Shown here one piece after another: positions 25,200 to 36,427 of a stretch of 64,000 nt of DNA. The notes beneath the pieces are model-generated. The model was not told the DNA's origin and searched no databases. It was given only the letters and a program-made list of their open reading frames with translations. The stretch is taken from IMG/VR virus record IMGVR_UViG_3300027917_000041, positions 8,451 through 72,450 of that record; one strand, given 5' to 3'. Origin of the DNA: a virus. The first letter of the stretch is position 1; every line of letters starts with the position of its first letter. The position numbers and the translations under genes were made by a program.

Positions 25200-25843
25200 C
25201 CTATAGTATTTATGAAACACTAAGAGGGCGGTTTTTACTAACTGATGATAATGATTTAGTATCCGATCAAATCAAAGCCGACCAATTTTGGGAGCACGAG
25301 CTACAACCTACTTTTGACTTAATTTCACAAGATATGATTGTTGTAGAAGTTGGAGCATACGTAGGGGATCATACTGTAGATTTGGCTAAACGTTGTAAGT
25401 ATATTCATGCTTTTGAGGGGCATAAACCAACATATTATTTACTTGGTGCTAACTTACTTTTGCACAACTGTATGAACGTTACGACTTATAATCTATGTAT
25501 TGGAAATGGTAATAAAGTCGCTGGTAGAATACCCGATCCCGGCAATATAGCAGCTTATATTTACGAGCCATCAAATGATGGTGCTATTATAGCTCACCGT
25601 TTAGATGATATTCTTGTTGGTTTAAACGGATTAGACTTTCTAAAGGTAGATGTAGAGGGCATGGATTTAGAGGTAATGATGGGTGCTAAACAACTTATTG
25701 GGGATTTCAAACCTAGAATTGTCTATGAGTTTAGTTGGCCTCTCTCTAAGCAAAAGCACGTAGAGTACGAAGATTTTTTGAAACAGTTCGGCTATACCAC
25801 TACCAAGCTGGAGGGACTTTGGAATTGGCACGCTCACATATAA
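25196..25843 (+). CDS. FkbM-family methyltransferase
   Basis: VEVGAYVG, AFE, LDFLKVDVEGMD..V..GA. Confidence 0.9.
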   Translation: MTYSIYETLRGRFLLTDDNDLVSDQIKADQFWEHELQPTFDLISQDMIVVEVGAYVGDHTVDLAKRCKYIHAFEGHKPTYYLLGANLLLHNCMNVTTYNLCIGNGNKVAGRIPDPGNIAAYIYEPSNDGAIIAHRLDDILVGLNGLDFLKVDVEGMDLEVMMGAKQLIGDFKPRIVYEFSWPLSKQKHVEYEDFLKQFGYTTTKLEGLWNWHAHI

Positions 25844-26559
25844 AAAGCAATGACGTAGGCGATATTGACAACTTTGAATATGTAGTAATGGGAATGGCTA
25901 AAAGTGGAACAACATCTATCCAAGATTCTCTTAATATGTCTGGTCTACGATGCATTAAATTTCATTCAGATTACACACTACTTAGGGTTTTTCACAACCC
26001 ATCAATAAATGCGGAATGCTTAATAAAACATGCTCATAACGTATTTGTACCCTATCGTAATCCAATAAATAGAAAAGTTAGTCAATATTATTTCTATAAT
26101 AAGGCAACTGGAAAATCTGTGGCGCAACAAATAAATGAAATACGCTCTTATTGTTTGGGCGACTATTCATTATTTAGTAAAGACACTCAAACAGAAATAG
26201 ATGAAAATCAATTCTTTGCTGGCTTAAAGATTGCTACAGGCATTGATATTTTAAAGTATGGTTTTGTAAAAGAAAGGGGCTATGGTATTATATCTGAATA
26301 TGATATGTCATTGGTACATTTTTCAATAGAAAATATCAATAGTTTAGGTTCATTTTTGCGTGTATACCTAACACCCAATTTTAAGGTTATGACAAGTAGG
26401 GTATCTAAGAAATTACCCGAAAGAGTACAGGTAAGGAATTCATTGAACTTTAGCGACACTGAATTGGATACTATCTTTGGTAGTGAATATTGTCGTTACT
26501 TTTATAGTGAGCAACAAATAGAGGAGTTTAAGGCATGGGAAAAAAGACTGATGGCGTAG
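25819..26559 (+). CDS. Sulfotransferase-fold protein
   Basis: 5'-PSB-like GMAKSGTTS; 3'-PB-like RNPINRKVSQY. Confidence 0.7.
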   Translation: MELARSHIKSNDVGDIDNFEYVVMGMAKSGTTSIQDSLNMSGLRCIKFHSDYTLLRVFHNPSINAECLIKHAHNVFVPYRNPINRKVSQYYFYNKATGKSVAQQINEIRSYCLGDYSLFSKDTQTEIDENQFFAGLKIATGIDILKYGFVKERGYGIISEYDMSLVHFSIENINSLGSFLRVYLTPNFKVMTSRVSKKLPERVQVRNSLNFSDTELDTIFGSEYCRYFYSEQQIEEFKAWEKRLMA

Positions 26560-27437
26560 AGAATGTATATTTTTACAATCACTATGGGAATGGAGATATT
26601 TTTGAATCATTAGAATTTGTAAAAGAATGGATGGAAATTTTAGGAGAACGCAATTATTTTTATGCCCACGGTAAAAATCCTAAAATTGTGCGTGAACTTT
26701 CAAATGTAACTTCTATGAATGTTACGGAAGAAATGCACGCCATGAGAGCAATTCACTTTAATAACAACACAAGCTCCGTGTTTATTAATACATGGTTAGG
26801 TAGGGATGGACGTTACGTACTTCCCGGTATTGGTGTAGTTGTAGAGCAACTTTGGAGGATGCACAACCACATGCTTAATAGTATTGGGTTGCGCCCTTTA
26901 ATCAAACCAATTATAGAATATGTGCCTAATCTAAATTACAATTTATATCCTGATTGCGAACATGTAGATTTTTGGTTACGTTCAGAAGCTAAGCACCGTA
27001 AAATTTGGCTAATAGATAATGGAAATGTACAATCCAATCAAGCCAAAAACTTTGATTTCAATCCAATCATCAGCAAAGTAGCTCAAGAAGTACCAAATGA
27101 TTTTTTTGTTACAACTCAGCGTCATGGTATTATGAATACTAATGTTTGGGTTTTGGATGAAATTATACAAAGTAAAGATGGTTTTGATTTACCTGAACTA
27201 TCTTATCTAAGTAGATTTTCTGACGGTAGTATTGGTAGAAATAGTGGGCCGCACGTTTATACTCAAGTTAGAGACAATTGGCTAAATCCTGATTTTAAGT
27301 TTCTATCTTTTACTTATCAACGACAAGCAGCTTACTTTATACTCGACCAACCAGTACAAGCTAAAAAGTATTGGTCGCCATATCTAAACGATAAACAAAT
27401 AGTAGAAAATATATTAGAATTTGTGAGGGAAGTTTAA
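26535..27437 (+). CDS. Putative GT-B glycosyltransferase
   Basis: N-terminal G.GD motif and C-terminal IGRNSGP as in GT9-like enzymes; located in the sugar island. Confidence 0.55.
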   Translation: MGKKTDGVENVYFYNHYGNGDIFESLEFVKEWMEILGERNYFYAHGKNPKIVRELSNVTSMNVTEEMHAMRAIHFNNNTSSVFINTWLGRDGRYVLPGIGVVVEQLWRMHNHMLNSIGLRPLIKPIIEYVPNLNYNLYPDCEHVDFWLRSEAKHRKIWLIDNGNVQSNQAKNFDFNPIISKVAQEVPNDFFVTTQRHGIMNTNVWVLDEIIQSKDGFDLPELSYLSRFSDGSIGRNSGPHVYTQVRDNWLNPDFKFLSFTYQRQAAYFILDQPVQAKKYWSPYLNDKQIVENILEFVREV

Positions 27438-28351
27438 TGAGTAAAACACTTATTGGCATGGTAACGTTCGGAAATGTTGATTTCAGTAAACTTACTGTAG
27501 AATCAATTAGAAAAACAACAGAGAATGATATTAGTTTTTTCGTGGTTGTGGGCAAGCCCAATGACTTTGAAACAATCGATTGGTTGAACAAAGATAATAT
27601 TGCCTACACAGAACACGAAACAAATATCGGCTTTCCTGCGGGTCTAAATGATATTTATGACTTTGCTTGGAAATCACATAATTTCGACAACTTGATTATA
27701 TGTGGAAATGATATTGTAGCCTATCCCTATGCTATTGATGCGCTTATTAATAAAGCAGATACATCCGACTGGCAATGGATTAGTTCTTCTCAATTTGATG
27801 TGCGTGCTTTGGTTGATATGTATCCACAGACTAGAGATCAATTTAGCCCCGATGCTAAACTCAGGTTTCATAAGTTTGGTGAAGTAGCTCCTTGGGAAAT
27901 TCATACGGATTGGCAGAATAAAGAAGAACGACTAGAACCCAATGTTATTAAAGATGTGCATAATTTGTGTTTGTACAAACCTTCTGTAATGGAGGCTATC
28001 GGATACATTGATGTTAATTTTTATCCTGCCTATTATTCGGACAATGACTACGCAAGACGTGGGGTTAATGCTGGATTAAAAACCTGTGCATTGGGCAATT
28101 CACAATATTTCCACTTTTGGAGTAGGACTATACACCAAGGTTCAGGGGGTTCTAACAATAGGTACTTTGATAATAACAGACGTTTTTATATCAGCAAATG
28201 GGGTGGAGATTTTGCTAAAGAAAAGTGGACAATACCGTTTAACGGTGGTACATACCCCCTAACTAAAAATATAACGCTAGAAGGTAGTTTGAAGATCGAT
28301 AGTAGAGATCAAGAGGAGGCTATTACCCGATTCTGGCGTGGAGGTAGATAA
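27437..28351 (+). CDS. GT2-family glycosyltransferase
   Basis: NIGFPAGLN, NDI, IGYID.NF.PAYYSDNDY..R, HFWSRT. Confidence 0.88.
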   Translation: MSKTLIGMVTFGNVDFSKLTVESIRKTTENDISFFVVVGKPNDFETIDWLNKDNIAYTEHETNIGFPAGLNDIYDFAWKSHNFDNLIICGNDIVAYPYAIDALINKADTSDWQWISSSQFDVRALVDMYPQTRDQFSPDAKLRFHKFGEVAPWEIHTDWQNKEERLEPNVIKDVHNLCLYKPSVMEAIGYIDVNFYPAYYSDNDYARRGVNAGLKTCALGNSQYFHFWSRTIHQGSGGSNNRYFDNNRRFYISKWGGDFAKEKWTIPFNGGTYPLTKNITLEGSLKIDSRDQEEAITRFWRGGR

Positions 28352-29905
28352 TTGGCATTAGTCGAAAAAGTTAATCAAGTAGATGATTTATACTTCTATG
28401 AGATTATGCGTAATCCAGTACTGTGTGGGGAATTTATTCAAAATTACGACAAAGCTGAGTGGGAAGAATCATTTGAATTTACAATCTATCAGAAAGAAAT
28501 TCTATGCGACTTCAATACGCACGTTTCAGTTTGTACAGCCCGAGCTACAGGAAAGACCGTAAGTTTTGTAAATCTATTGCTGTGGGTATTGGTATTTAAT
28601 TTATTCCCCGGCGATTATATAGTTTACTCAGTACCTAACAAGGTACACCTTGAACCTGTGTTTACGGGTCTAGTGAGGATGTTACGTGGTAACACCTTCA
28701 TGAAACAGTTTATAGCGTCAGCAAAGGGTATTAACCAATCTACAAATACGGTTACTTTGCTGAATGGAGCGGTACTTTTATGTCGTATCGCTGGTCAGAC
28801 AGGTACAGGTGCTAACGTTATCGGTTTGCACACACCTTTTACATTAGTAGACGAAGGCGGGTATTATCCTTGGGGTACTTGGGTAGAGCAACAACCTACC
28901 ATGAACACTTTCACACCCGGTTTTAGATTGGGTGTAGCAGGAGTGCCGACAGGCTTAAGAGAAAATAATGTTCTGTATCATGCCGATATGGAAAACTCTA
29001 ACTATACAAAGCATCGTTTGTCTGCATATGACAATCCACGGTTTACACAAGAAGATGAAGATCGTGCCGTTGAGCAGTACGGCAGTAAAGAAAGCGATGA
29101 CTTTATACATCTTGTTCTTGGACAACACGGAGCACCAATCTTTGCCGTGTTCGACAGACAGCTGTTTCAAATAGAGGGTTATCCAGTACACAAGCTGGTA
29201 CTAGATGGTATCAAAATTCAAGGAAACTTAGCAGAATATCAGACCAAATTATCATTTCTTCCTAATCTTGAATATAAGAATGCCAAAGTACTTGTAGGAA
29301 TAGACTTGGGATATACCGATCCAACAGCTATTGTTATTCTGTATGACCGTGGAAATGGAATTTTGAAATTCCATGCTAGAATACAGCTAAACAAGGTAGC
29401 CTATCCAATTCAAGAGAAAATCATAGATTGGGTAGATACTAAATTTAATCCGTCTATAATTGGTCTTGATGTTGGTTCGTCCGGTTTAGCCGTGTCGCAA
29501 ACGCTGTTGGAAGGGGATGCCTATAAACGTAAGAAGTACAAGGATAGACTTATTCCTATAAACTTCTCGTCAATGGTAGTAATCGGTGTAGACTCCGATG
29601 GAGAGGAGCTAAAGCAGAAAACAAAACCGTTCTCTGTTTCTGTATTACAAACCTATTCTAACAATCATAGAATAGTGTATTCTTCAACTGATATGGAGTT
29701 GATTGCCGAACTTGAACGTATGACTTATACTAAAACTGTAACAGGGGATATTGTGTACAAAACAATGACTCCGCAGGGTGGACAAAGAGGGGAAGATCAC
29801 TTTACAGCAGCTATGTTATGTGCAGGAATGGCTTATTATTTAGAAAATGAAAGTTTGGTTCTCAACACCAAAACAAAGAAATTGCTGAAAGCAAGGTGGA
29901 TATAA
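28352..29905 (+). CDS. Terminase large subunit
   Basis: ARATGKT Walker A, LVDE Walker B, RNase H nuclease GIDLG..D, terminal DH..A. Confidence 0.9.
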   Translation: MALVEKVNQVDDLYFYEIMRNPVLCGEFIQNYDKAEWEESFEFTIYQKEILCDFNTHVSVCTARATGKTVSFVNLLLWVLVFNLFPGDYIVYSVPNKVHLEPVFTGLVRMLRGNTFMKQFIASAKGINQSTNTVTLLNGAVLLCRIAGQTGTGANVIGLHTPFTLVDEGGYYPWGTWVEQQPTMNTFTPGFRLGVAGVPTGLRENNVLYHADMENSNYTKHRLSAYDNPRFTQEDEDRAVEQYGSKESDDFIHLVLGQHGAPIFAVFDRQLFQIEGYPVHKLVLDGIKIQGNLAEYQTKLSFLPNLEYKNAKVLVGIDLGYTDPTAIVILYDRGNGILKFHARIQLNKVAYPIQEKIIDWVDTKFNPSIIGLDVGSSGLAVSQTLLEGDAYKRKKYKDRLIPINFSSMVVIGVDSDGEELKQKTKPFSVSVLQTYSNNHRIVYSSTDMELIAELERMTYTKTVTGDIVYKTMTPQGGQRGEDHFTAAMLCAGMAYYLENESLVLNTKTKKLLKARWI

Positions 29906-29906
29906 T

Positions 29907-31406
29907 ATGACAGATGAAATAACAAAACAATCAAAGCTAGCCAAAGCTGCCTTCATGAACACACGAAACAACATTTCAATGCAGAATCCATGGATGGCAG
30001 ACCAAGTAGATAAGCTTGAAATCGTTGATATAGAGGAGTTCAAGAAGATCGTATTTGCTTGTAGATTCTTTTATAAGCGTGATCCTATTGCGTCCACCGT
30101 TATCAACAAGATGATTGATATTGGTATTACCGATATCGATTTTGAGCGTTCTGAATTGAATAATAATGAGGAAAACCTAATTACAGGTATGCTACCTAAG
30201 CTTCTGGACTTTGCTGAGGCTATGGCAATGGAATACCTTATTTCTGGTTTGGTAATTCCAGAAGTAAAGTTCACTACTGTCAGCAAAGCAGAATTAGATG
30301 AAGCCGGGTTCAATATCAAAAAATACTCTGCCCTCACATTACCTACTTCTATGTGGGTACGTGATCCAGCAACCCTGATTGTTAAAAGTCCGGGTCTGTC
30401 AGATAAGCAATCGTATTTTATCAAGATACCCGATAAACTGGTTGACTTCATTACTTCAAAGGGTAGCTATGATAATTTAATGGAAGATAAGGAACTTTAT
30501 CGTTATCTTTTAACAGCCTACCCGCAGTTTGTTGACGCTGTACGTAGAGGACAGCTATTCTTCAAACTGGAAAATCCTACTGTTATTCGTCGTAAGGTAG
30601 TTAGTGACTCGCCCTATCCAATTCCATATCTGTACGCATCAATCGAGGCTATGAAGCACAAGAGAAACATTCGTAGGATGGACTACTCGATTGCATCAAG
30701 GGTTATTTCAGCTATCCAGCTAATTAAACTTGGTAATGACGAGTATCCACTAACAGAAGATGATGAAGAACAATTGCAGGATATCAAAGATCAAATGTAT
30801 TGGCGTAACACCGGAAACATTGACGTTGAACGTATTTTCCAATTATTCTCTAACCACACCCTAGATATAACATGGGTATTTCCTGATACAGAAGCATTGT
30901 TAGATGATACTAAATATAAGGAAGTAAATCGTGATATCTTCTATGGTCTAGGTTTTCCTGCTATCTTAGCTACTGGTGAAACAGAACGTTCATCCGCATC
31001 CGATGCTGAATATGCTATGTTAAGCCCTGTGGAGACTATGGAATCCTACAGACGTAAGATTATCCAAGTTTTGAACAAGGTAGTTGCGGATACGCTAGAA
31101 AATAATGGAATGAAAGGTTCTACTACTTTGAGATTCAAGCCAATTAACCTATCTAGCTTCCGTTACTTTGTAGACGCTATGATTAAGCTATATGAAACTG
31201 GTAACATTTCTAAGGAAACATTTGTTGAACAGTTCGGTATGAATTACCAAGATGAGTTTGAGCGTAGGGAGAGAGAAAAGGAACAATTAGACGCATCTGA
31301 TCTTGAAGAATTTCCTCAGCAACCATTCACAAATCCAGCAGGACGTGATGGCGGTGGTACTGACGGAGATCAGAAAAATAGTGATTCGGACAAGGAAAGT
31401 GCATAA
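29907..31406 (+). CDS. Portal protein
   Basis: Follows TerL; about 500 aa helical; PYP.P motif; acidic tail. Confidence 0.75.
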   Translation: MTDEITKQSKLAKAAFMNTRNNISMQNPWMADQVDKLEIVDIEEFKKIVFACRFFYKRDPIASTVINKMIDIGITDIDFERSELNNNEENLITGMLPKLLDFAEAMAMEYLISGLVIPEVKFTTVSKAELDEAGFNIKKYSALTLPTSMWVRDPATLIVKSPGLSDKQSYFIKIPDKLVDFITSKGSYDNLMEDKELYRYLLTAYPQFVDAVRRGQLFFKLENPTVIRRKVVSDSPYPIPYLYASIEAMKHKRNIRRMDYSIASRVISAIQLIKLGNDEYPLTEDDEEQLQDIKDQMYWRNTGNIDVERIFQLFSNHTLDITWVFPDTEALLDDTKYKEVNRDIFYGLGFPAILATGETERSSASDAEYAMLSPVETMESYRRKIIQVLNKVVADTLENNGMKGSTTLRFKPINLSSFRYFVDAMIKLYETGNISKETFVEQFGMNYQDEFERREREKEQLDASDLEEFPQQPFTNPAGRDGGGTDGDQKNSDSDKESA

Positions 31407-31428
31407 TCTGTTGTTTTTTATATCAATT

Positions 31429-31459
31429 TTGACAAAATTTATCGAAAATGTGGTATAAT
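31429..31459 (+). promoter_or_regulatory. Promoter upstream of head genes
   Basis: TTGACA-N19-TATAAT with extended TGTGG. Confidence 0.6.
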
Positions 31460-31504
31460 TAATAATAGGAGATTACGTCCTTTACCGTATGTCTCTATTT
31501 TGAC

Positions 31505-32572
31505 GTGAGGTACTTTATGACAGAGACTAATATTTTTCTTATCAAGGAAGCGGGTCTAGACGAAAAGGACGCTTTTGCGTCTGTAACTCTTAACCCTACG
31601 TTACGTTGGCTAAAGTTTATCTTGACCGATGACCAGCCAAATGCTAACAAACAAAGAATCCCCCAAGAAGAATTTGATAACCTTATTAAAAGTGGCATTA
31701 ATATGCCTATCAAAATGGCAGCTGGAGACATTGCAGACGGACACGAAAACTCCTTTCCAGTTGGTGTTATTACACACTTAAAGAAGGTTGCTAACAAGAT
31801 TGAGGGATTGGCAGCTCTTTGGTCTAAGGAAAGACCAGAGGACATCGATTTAATTATAAATGAATTTGAATCTGGATCGCCTCCTCAAATTTCTTGGGAA
31901 GTTCCCTACATGGAAGAGGTACTCAGAGAAAATGGAGTAAAAGACTTAATTGGTACAATACTCCGTGCGGCTACGTTGGTTAGACGACCTGCTTTTGAAG
32001 GGAGAACTCCCGTTATTGCGGTCGCAGCTAAAGAAGTAATCGAAGTGACCGAACCAACAGAAACAGATTCTAGTATGGAGGAAAATAATACAATGGAAGA
32101 ACTTGATGTTTTGAAATCTCAGTTGCAGGAAGCCCAAGACCGTATCAAGGAGCTAGAAGGTCAGCTTCAAGAAAAGGATGAAGGTTTTGCAGCTGTTGAG
32201 GAAGAACTAACTAGCCTTCGAGAATTCAAAGCACAGATCGAAAAAGAAGATGCAGAAGCTGAACAGTTGGCTTCGGTTCGTGCTAAGTTCGCTGAGGCTG
32301 GTATTGAAAAACCAGACGAGTATTACATCGAGAATCGTGAACGTTTCCTAAGTATGACTATGGAAGCTGTAGAATTCATGGTTCAGGAAATGACCGCATT
32401 TGCTAAGCTTGCAGAAGCTAGTTTAGAAGATGACGACTCAGAAGGTGATGGAGACGGTGGTGATAAAGAAGGTGAAGGGCTACCTGCTGTTGTAAATACA
32501 GATGATGCCTCAGACCTAGATAATCCTGCCGAAGTCGGGCGACAGCTACGACTATTAAAAGAAAAAAAGTAA
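31505..32572 (+). CDS. Prohead protease/scaffold fusion
   Basis: N-terminal protease-like domain (H, ISWE, PAFEG); C-terminal acidic coiled coil with internal GGAGG-ATG (MEELDV) start. Confidence 0.7.
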   Translation: MRYFMTETNIFLIKEAGLDEKDAFASVTLNPTLRWLKFILTDDQPNANKQRIPQEEFDNLIKSGINMPIKMAAGDIADGHENSFPVGVITHLKKVANKIEGLAALWSKERPEDIDLIINEFESGSPPQISWEVPYMEEVLRENGVKDLIGTILRAATLVRRPAFEGRTPVIAVAAKEVIEVTEPTETDSSMEENNTMEELDVLKSQLQEAQDRIKELEGQLQEKDEGFAAVEEELTSLREFKAQIEKEDAEAEQLASVRAKFAEAGIEKPDEYYIENRERFLSMTMEAVEFMVQEMTAFAKLAEASLEDDDSEGDGDGGDKEGEGLPAVVNTDDASDLDNPAEVGRQLRLLKEKK

Positions 32573-32591
32573 TTGGAGGATAACATAAATC

Positions 32592-33182
32592 ATGGAAATC
32601 AATAAGTATACTGATATCACTGGTGTTGTAACCTTGCAGGAAATCGTAGAGGGTCGTATGGTTCTCTTGGTTTCAAATGCTGAGGGTGGCAACTCGGTAG
32701 ATTATGATTTTGGTAGTAGACTTGACCTTCCGGGTGCACGCCTTCCTCTGACATCGGCAGAGGCTGAGAAAGCGCACTTTATCATCACATTTGCTGTTGA
32801 TAATTCAAGCATTCCTATCTACAATCCTTATCCAAGCTACTCATTTGCCCTACGTAGTGGGTTCGACCAAGCCGCAAACGTTCCGTTCGATGCAGAAGTG
32901 CATTTGACTCAGCGTTCGATGGTTGAAGGACTAACAATTCCTTCCGGTGTTCCTGCTCTAGCGTTTGGGCCAGGTGTGTTCACTGTACCTAGCGGTGCAT
33001 TCGTATATTCAGATAACTTGCAAGTTCCGGGTACGTGGTTGGAGGTTGCAAACCAGACTGATGACGGTGCTAATGTTGCAGGTATGTTGCAAGAAGATGC
33101 CGATGGTAGCGAAGGTAAGTTTGCTCAAGTTGAACGTTTCAGCGTTGCAGATTGGGCGTTGACTTTCCGTATTAATTGGTAA
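32592..33182 (+). CDS. Capsid decoration/cement-like protein
   Basis: Between scaffold and MCP; beta-rich. Confidence 0.5.
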   Translation: MEINKYTDITGVVTLQEIVEGRMVLLVSNAEGGNSVDYDFGSRLDLPGARLPLTSAEAEKAHFIITFAVDNSSIPIYNPYPSYSFALRSGFDQAANVPFDAEVHLTQRSMVEGLTIPSGVPALAFGPGVFTVPSGAFVYSDNLQVPGTWLEVANQTDDGANVAGMLQEDADGSEGKFAQVERFSVADWALTFRINW

Positions 33183-33207
33183 TATATAACAGGAGGAACT
33201 TAATACG

Positions 33208-34143
33208 ATGGATGAAAAGAGAATTAATGAAGCTGTAGCAGCTCTATTAAAGGATAATACGCCACAAGGTCGAGAAGCTTTAGCGGAAATGATTACTGAA
33301 TTTGTTCAGCCGAATCATATCGGTGTGAACTTTATCAGTATGTTGCTAAATACTCGTGCCTTACAGCCGGGTGATCTGCTAGTTAAAAAGATTCGTAAAG
33401 GGATCGATGTACGTACATTAGTTCCGGGTTCTATTCATCTTGCTAGTGAAATCACTGTACAGGATCGTATCAACTACGTGTTGGACGGTGCTGACGTTAA
33501 GGTGACTTTCAACGAGTGGGAGCTAGAATCAGGGCAAATCGGTTCTGTCGAAGAAATCCGTAAGGAAATGTATGCCTACTTGTCAGATTATTATTTGAAC
33601 AAGGTTTACACGCTATTAACTAGTGTGTGGACAGCGGGCAACACTCCTTCTAACTTTACTAACGTGGGTGGTTCAATCACAGCGTCAGCCCTAGAAGATG
33701 CGATTGACGAAATCAATCAAAATTCTGGTGGTGTGAAGGCTGTTGTTGGTACTCGTGCAGCTATGACACCTATCACAAAGTTTGGTGCGTTCTGGAACGA
33801 TGGTAATACTGTTGGTACAGATGCACAGTGGGCCGGTGTTAACTCACAGCTAGAAGAAATTGTTCAGCGTGGTATGCTTGGTAAGTACTACGGTGCGCCA
33901 CTTATCTCACTTGAACAATCATATGACAACCCTGTTGACTATAACGAGTTGATTCTGCCTAATAACAGAATTTTGGTTATTGGTCACAACGTAGGTGAGT
34001 TTATCACTTACGGTGATGTAAAGAGAAAGCAATGGACTGACATGGAGCCAACTCCTCCACAGTGGTTCTTGGAACTATATCAGCAGTTCGGTTTGATCAT
34101 CGACCGTGCTCAGGGTATCTACGTGCTTCAAGTTACGGACTAA
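33208..34143 (+). CDS. Major capsid protein
   Basis: 311 aa, HK97-like position and G...G.P motif (GKYYGAPL); strongly biased codons. Confidence 0.8.
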   Translation: MDEKRINEAVAALLKDNTPQGREALAEMITEFVQPNHIGVNFISMLLNTRALQPGDLLVKKIRKGIDVRTLVPGSIHLASEITVQDRINYVLDGADVKVTFNEWELESGQIGSVEEIRKEMYAYLSDYYLNKVYTLLTSVWTAGNTPSNFTNVGGSITASALEDAIDEINQNSGGVKAVVGTRAAMTPITKFGAFWNDGNTVGTDAQWAGVNSQLEEIVQRGMLGKYYGAPLISLEQSYDNPVDYNELILPNNRILVIGHNVGEFITYGDVKRKQWTDMEPTPPQWFLELYQQFGLIIDRAQGIYVLQVTD

Positions 34144-34211
34144 CACTTAGTTATGGGAGGGGGTCAGGGGAACTCATGCCCCCTCCCCAATTCTAATAGG
34201 AGAGGTATAAA

Positions 34212-34706
34212 ATGAATAAAGATTCACAGATGTATTCTGCTATGCAGAGTGACAATCCTTACGCTACATATAAGAAAGTTATCTTGGGGAAAGCTTCGGT
34301 AAAGGTTATTAACCCCTTCTCGGAGAATCCCGAGGAGATAATACTTGAAGGCAACCCCGGTAAGAATGAAGAAGGTTGCTTTATTGATGTATGGACACTA
34401 GAGCAAGATATGTTCTTCCAGCGTATAAATGAAACTCTAATTAAGCAGGGCGTAATTGTACCGTATGACCGTGTAAGCAAGCCTATTGTTAAGACGGTAA
34501 ATGAGTACAATGTAAAGACCGATGAGGAACTCTATGAAATTTTGACAGCACCTTTTTTCACGCTATCAAATGCGTTAGAAAAAATGGATTCCGAAGCCCC
34601 CGTACAGCGTTTGTTAAGTATTGCTGAGGATGAGGAAATGTCAGAAAAGAAAATCAATCATATTCGTCAAAGATTAGCGGAACTACAAGGAGTCAGCGTA
34701 GCATAA
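34212..34706 (+). CDS. Hypothetical head-associated protein
   Basis: ORF track. Confidence 0.55.
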   Translation: MNKDSQMYSAMQSDNPYATYKKVILGKASVKVINPFSENPEEIILEGNPGKNEEGCFIDVWTLEQDMFFQRINETLIKQGVIVPYDRVSKPIVKTVNEYNVKTDEELYEILTAPFFTLSNALEKMDSEAPVQRLLSIAEDEEMSEKKINHIRQRLAELQGVSVA

Positions 34707-35212
34707 TGGCTATAGATACAGAGACTAACTTAGATTATCTTATTACAGACTTAAGGTTACACTTGGGAGATACTAGTGAACCGTATCGTTATACGGATGC
34801 ATGGTTACGTACTTCCTTAGTTATGTCTGTTAAAGCTCTTATGCGTTGGTGGAACTACAAGTATTTGATTGATACTGATTATAATGCTTCAAGAAACCCA
34901 AACGTAACATTTTTGTTTGCGTCACCGCCTATAATAGAGTATGGAGACGAGCATCCAATAGTTCTTATGGCTTCCATAATAATCAAAGAAGGTTCTCTGC
35001 AAGAAAGTGCTTGGTCTGCTGGCAGTTGGAGGGATGCTGAGATAGCCTACTCTAACATAGAGGGAAACAGGGCTAGAACGCAATCGTTATTGAAAGATTG
35101 GGAAACTTTAGAAAGTATTCTAAAGCCACCGCAAAAGAGATTGGCACAAGCCAAGAAAGCCAGTACACCGGGCTACATAGACAATCAATATGAAAGAGGT
35201 TCAAAGTTGTAG
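34706..35212 (+). CDS. Head-tail adaptor-like protein
   Basis: LR..LGD....Y.YTD pattern; position. Confidence 0.6.
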   Translation: MAIDTETNLDYLITDLRLHLGDTSEPYRYTDAWLRTSLVMSVKALMRWWNYKYLIDTDYNASRNPNVTFLFASPPIIEYGDEHPIVLMASIIIKEGSLQESAWSAGSWRDAEIAYSNIEGNRARTQSLLKDWETLESILKPPQKRLAQAKKASTPGYIDNQYERGSKL

Positions 35213-35230
35213 TTATAAGGAGGTCACATA

Positions 35231-36427
35231 ATGGCAAGGAAAAGCAAGAAGGTTAAAGTTTTATGGTTCGGAGACGCAGTAACACCTACAGGTTTTTCAA
35301 GAGTAAACCACTCAATTCAATCAAATTTACCAAAATATCAGTACGATCTATACCAACTAGGTATTAACTACTACGGTGATCCACATGATTTCCCTGTAAG
35401 GATATTTCCAGCAGCTACAAAAGGGCAAATCTATGGTTTTAACCGTATTTCAGAACTAGCTAAGCACGACTTTGATATTATTTTTATCCTGAATGACTTA
35501 TGGATTATTAATGAATATCTGAAAGAAATCAAGAATCACTTCAAAGGAAAGATACCAAAGATTGTTACATACATGCCGATGGATTCTACTATGCCCGATA
35601 GGTCATGGTTTGAGCACTTCGATATCGTTGATAAAGTTTGTGTATACACCCAATTTGGCTATGATACCGTAAAAGAAGTTTACCCTGAACTTGATCTAAC
35701 TATAGTACCTCATGGTGTAGACAGCAGTACGTTTTATAAGTTTGATAAACCAAAGATTGAATGTAAAATGGGTGTTTATCCTGCTGAGAAGATGTTCCTA
35801 GAAAGTTGGATTGTGCTAAACGCCAACAGAAATCAGCCTCGTAAGAGAAATGATATAGCGTTTGAAGGGTTTGCACAGTTCGCTAAAGATAAACCAAAAA
35901 GCGTAAAATACTATCACCATGCAGGTATTGAGGACGTTGGTTGGGATATCTTAAGACTTTCTAATAAGCTGGGTAAGAAGTATGACTTCAACTTAGAAGA
36001 ACGTCTTATCGTTACTAACATGAATAGAAATACTCAGTCAGTGACGGACGAGCAACTAAATACCATTTACAATGCTACAGACGTTGGAATTAACGCTAGC
36101 TTGGGTGAAGGTTGGGGATTAGTAAACATGGAGCACGCAATGACTGGTTCTGTACAGGTTGTACCTAACCATAGTGCTTGTAAAGAACTATTCAACGACG
36201 TAGGCGTTTTAATCCCAACAAGTCAAGAGTTATGTTTTGAAAAAACATTAACATTCGGTAGGTTGGTAACTCCTGAAGCTATCGCTGAACAATTGCAATG
36301 GGTGTACGATCATCCAGAAGAAAAAGCAGAGTTAGAAGCTAAAGCTATTGAGAAGTTCACTGATAAGAAGTACTCTTGGAAATCTGTGGCGAACACATGG
36401 CATAACATTTTTAGAGAGATTTTATGA
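35231..36427 (+). CDS. GT4-family glycosyltransferase within neck genes
   Basis: TGFSRV, PHGVD, NRNQPRKR, YNATDV, GEGWGL..MEH. Confidence 0.9.
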   Translation: MARKSKKVKVLWFGDAVTPTGFSRVNHSIQSNLPKYQYDLYQLGINYYGDPHDFPVRIFPAATKGQIYGFNRISELAKHDFDIIFILNDLWIINEYLKEIKNHFKGKIPKIVTYMPMDSTMPDRSWFEHFDIVDKVCVYTQFGYDTVKEVYPELDLTIVPHGVDSSTFYKFDKPKIECKMGVYPAEKMFLESWIVLNANRNQPRKRNDIAFEGFAQFAKDKPKSVKYYHHAGIEDVGWDILRLSNKLGKKYDFNLEERLIVTNMNRNTQSVTDEQLNTIYNATDVGINASLGEGWGLVNMEHAMTGSVQVVPNHSACKELFNDVGVLIPTSQELCFEKTLTFGRLVTPEAIAEQLQWVYDHPEEKAELEAKAIEKFTDKKYSWKSVANTWHNIFREIL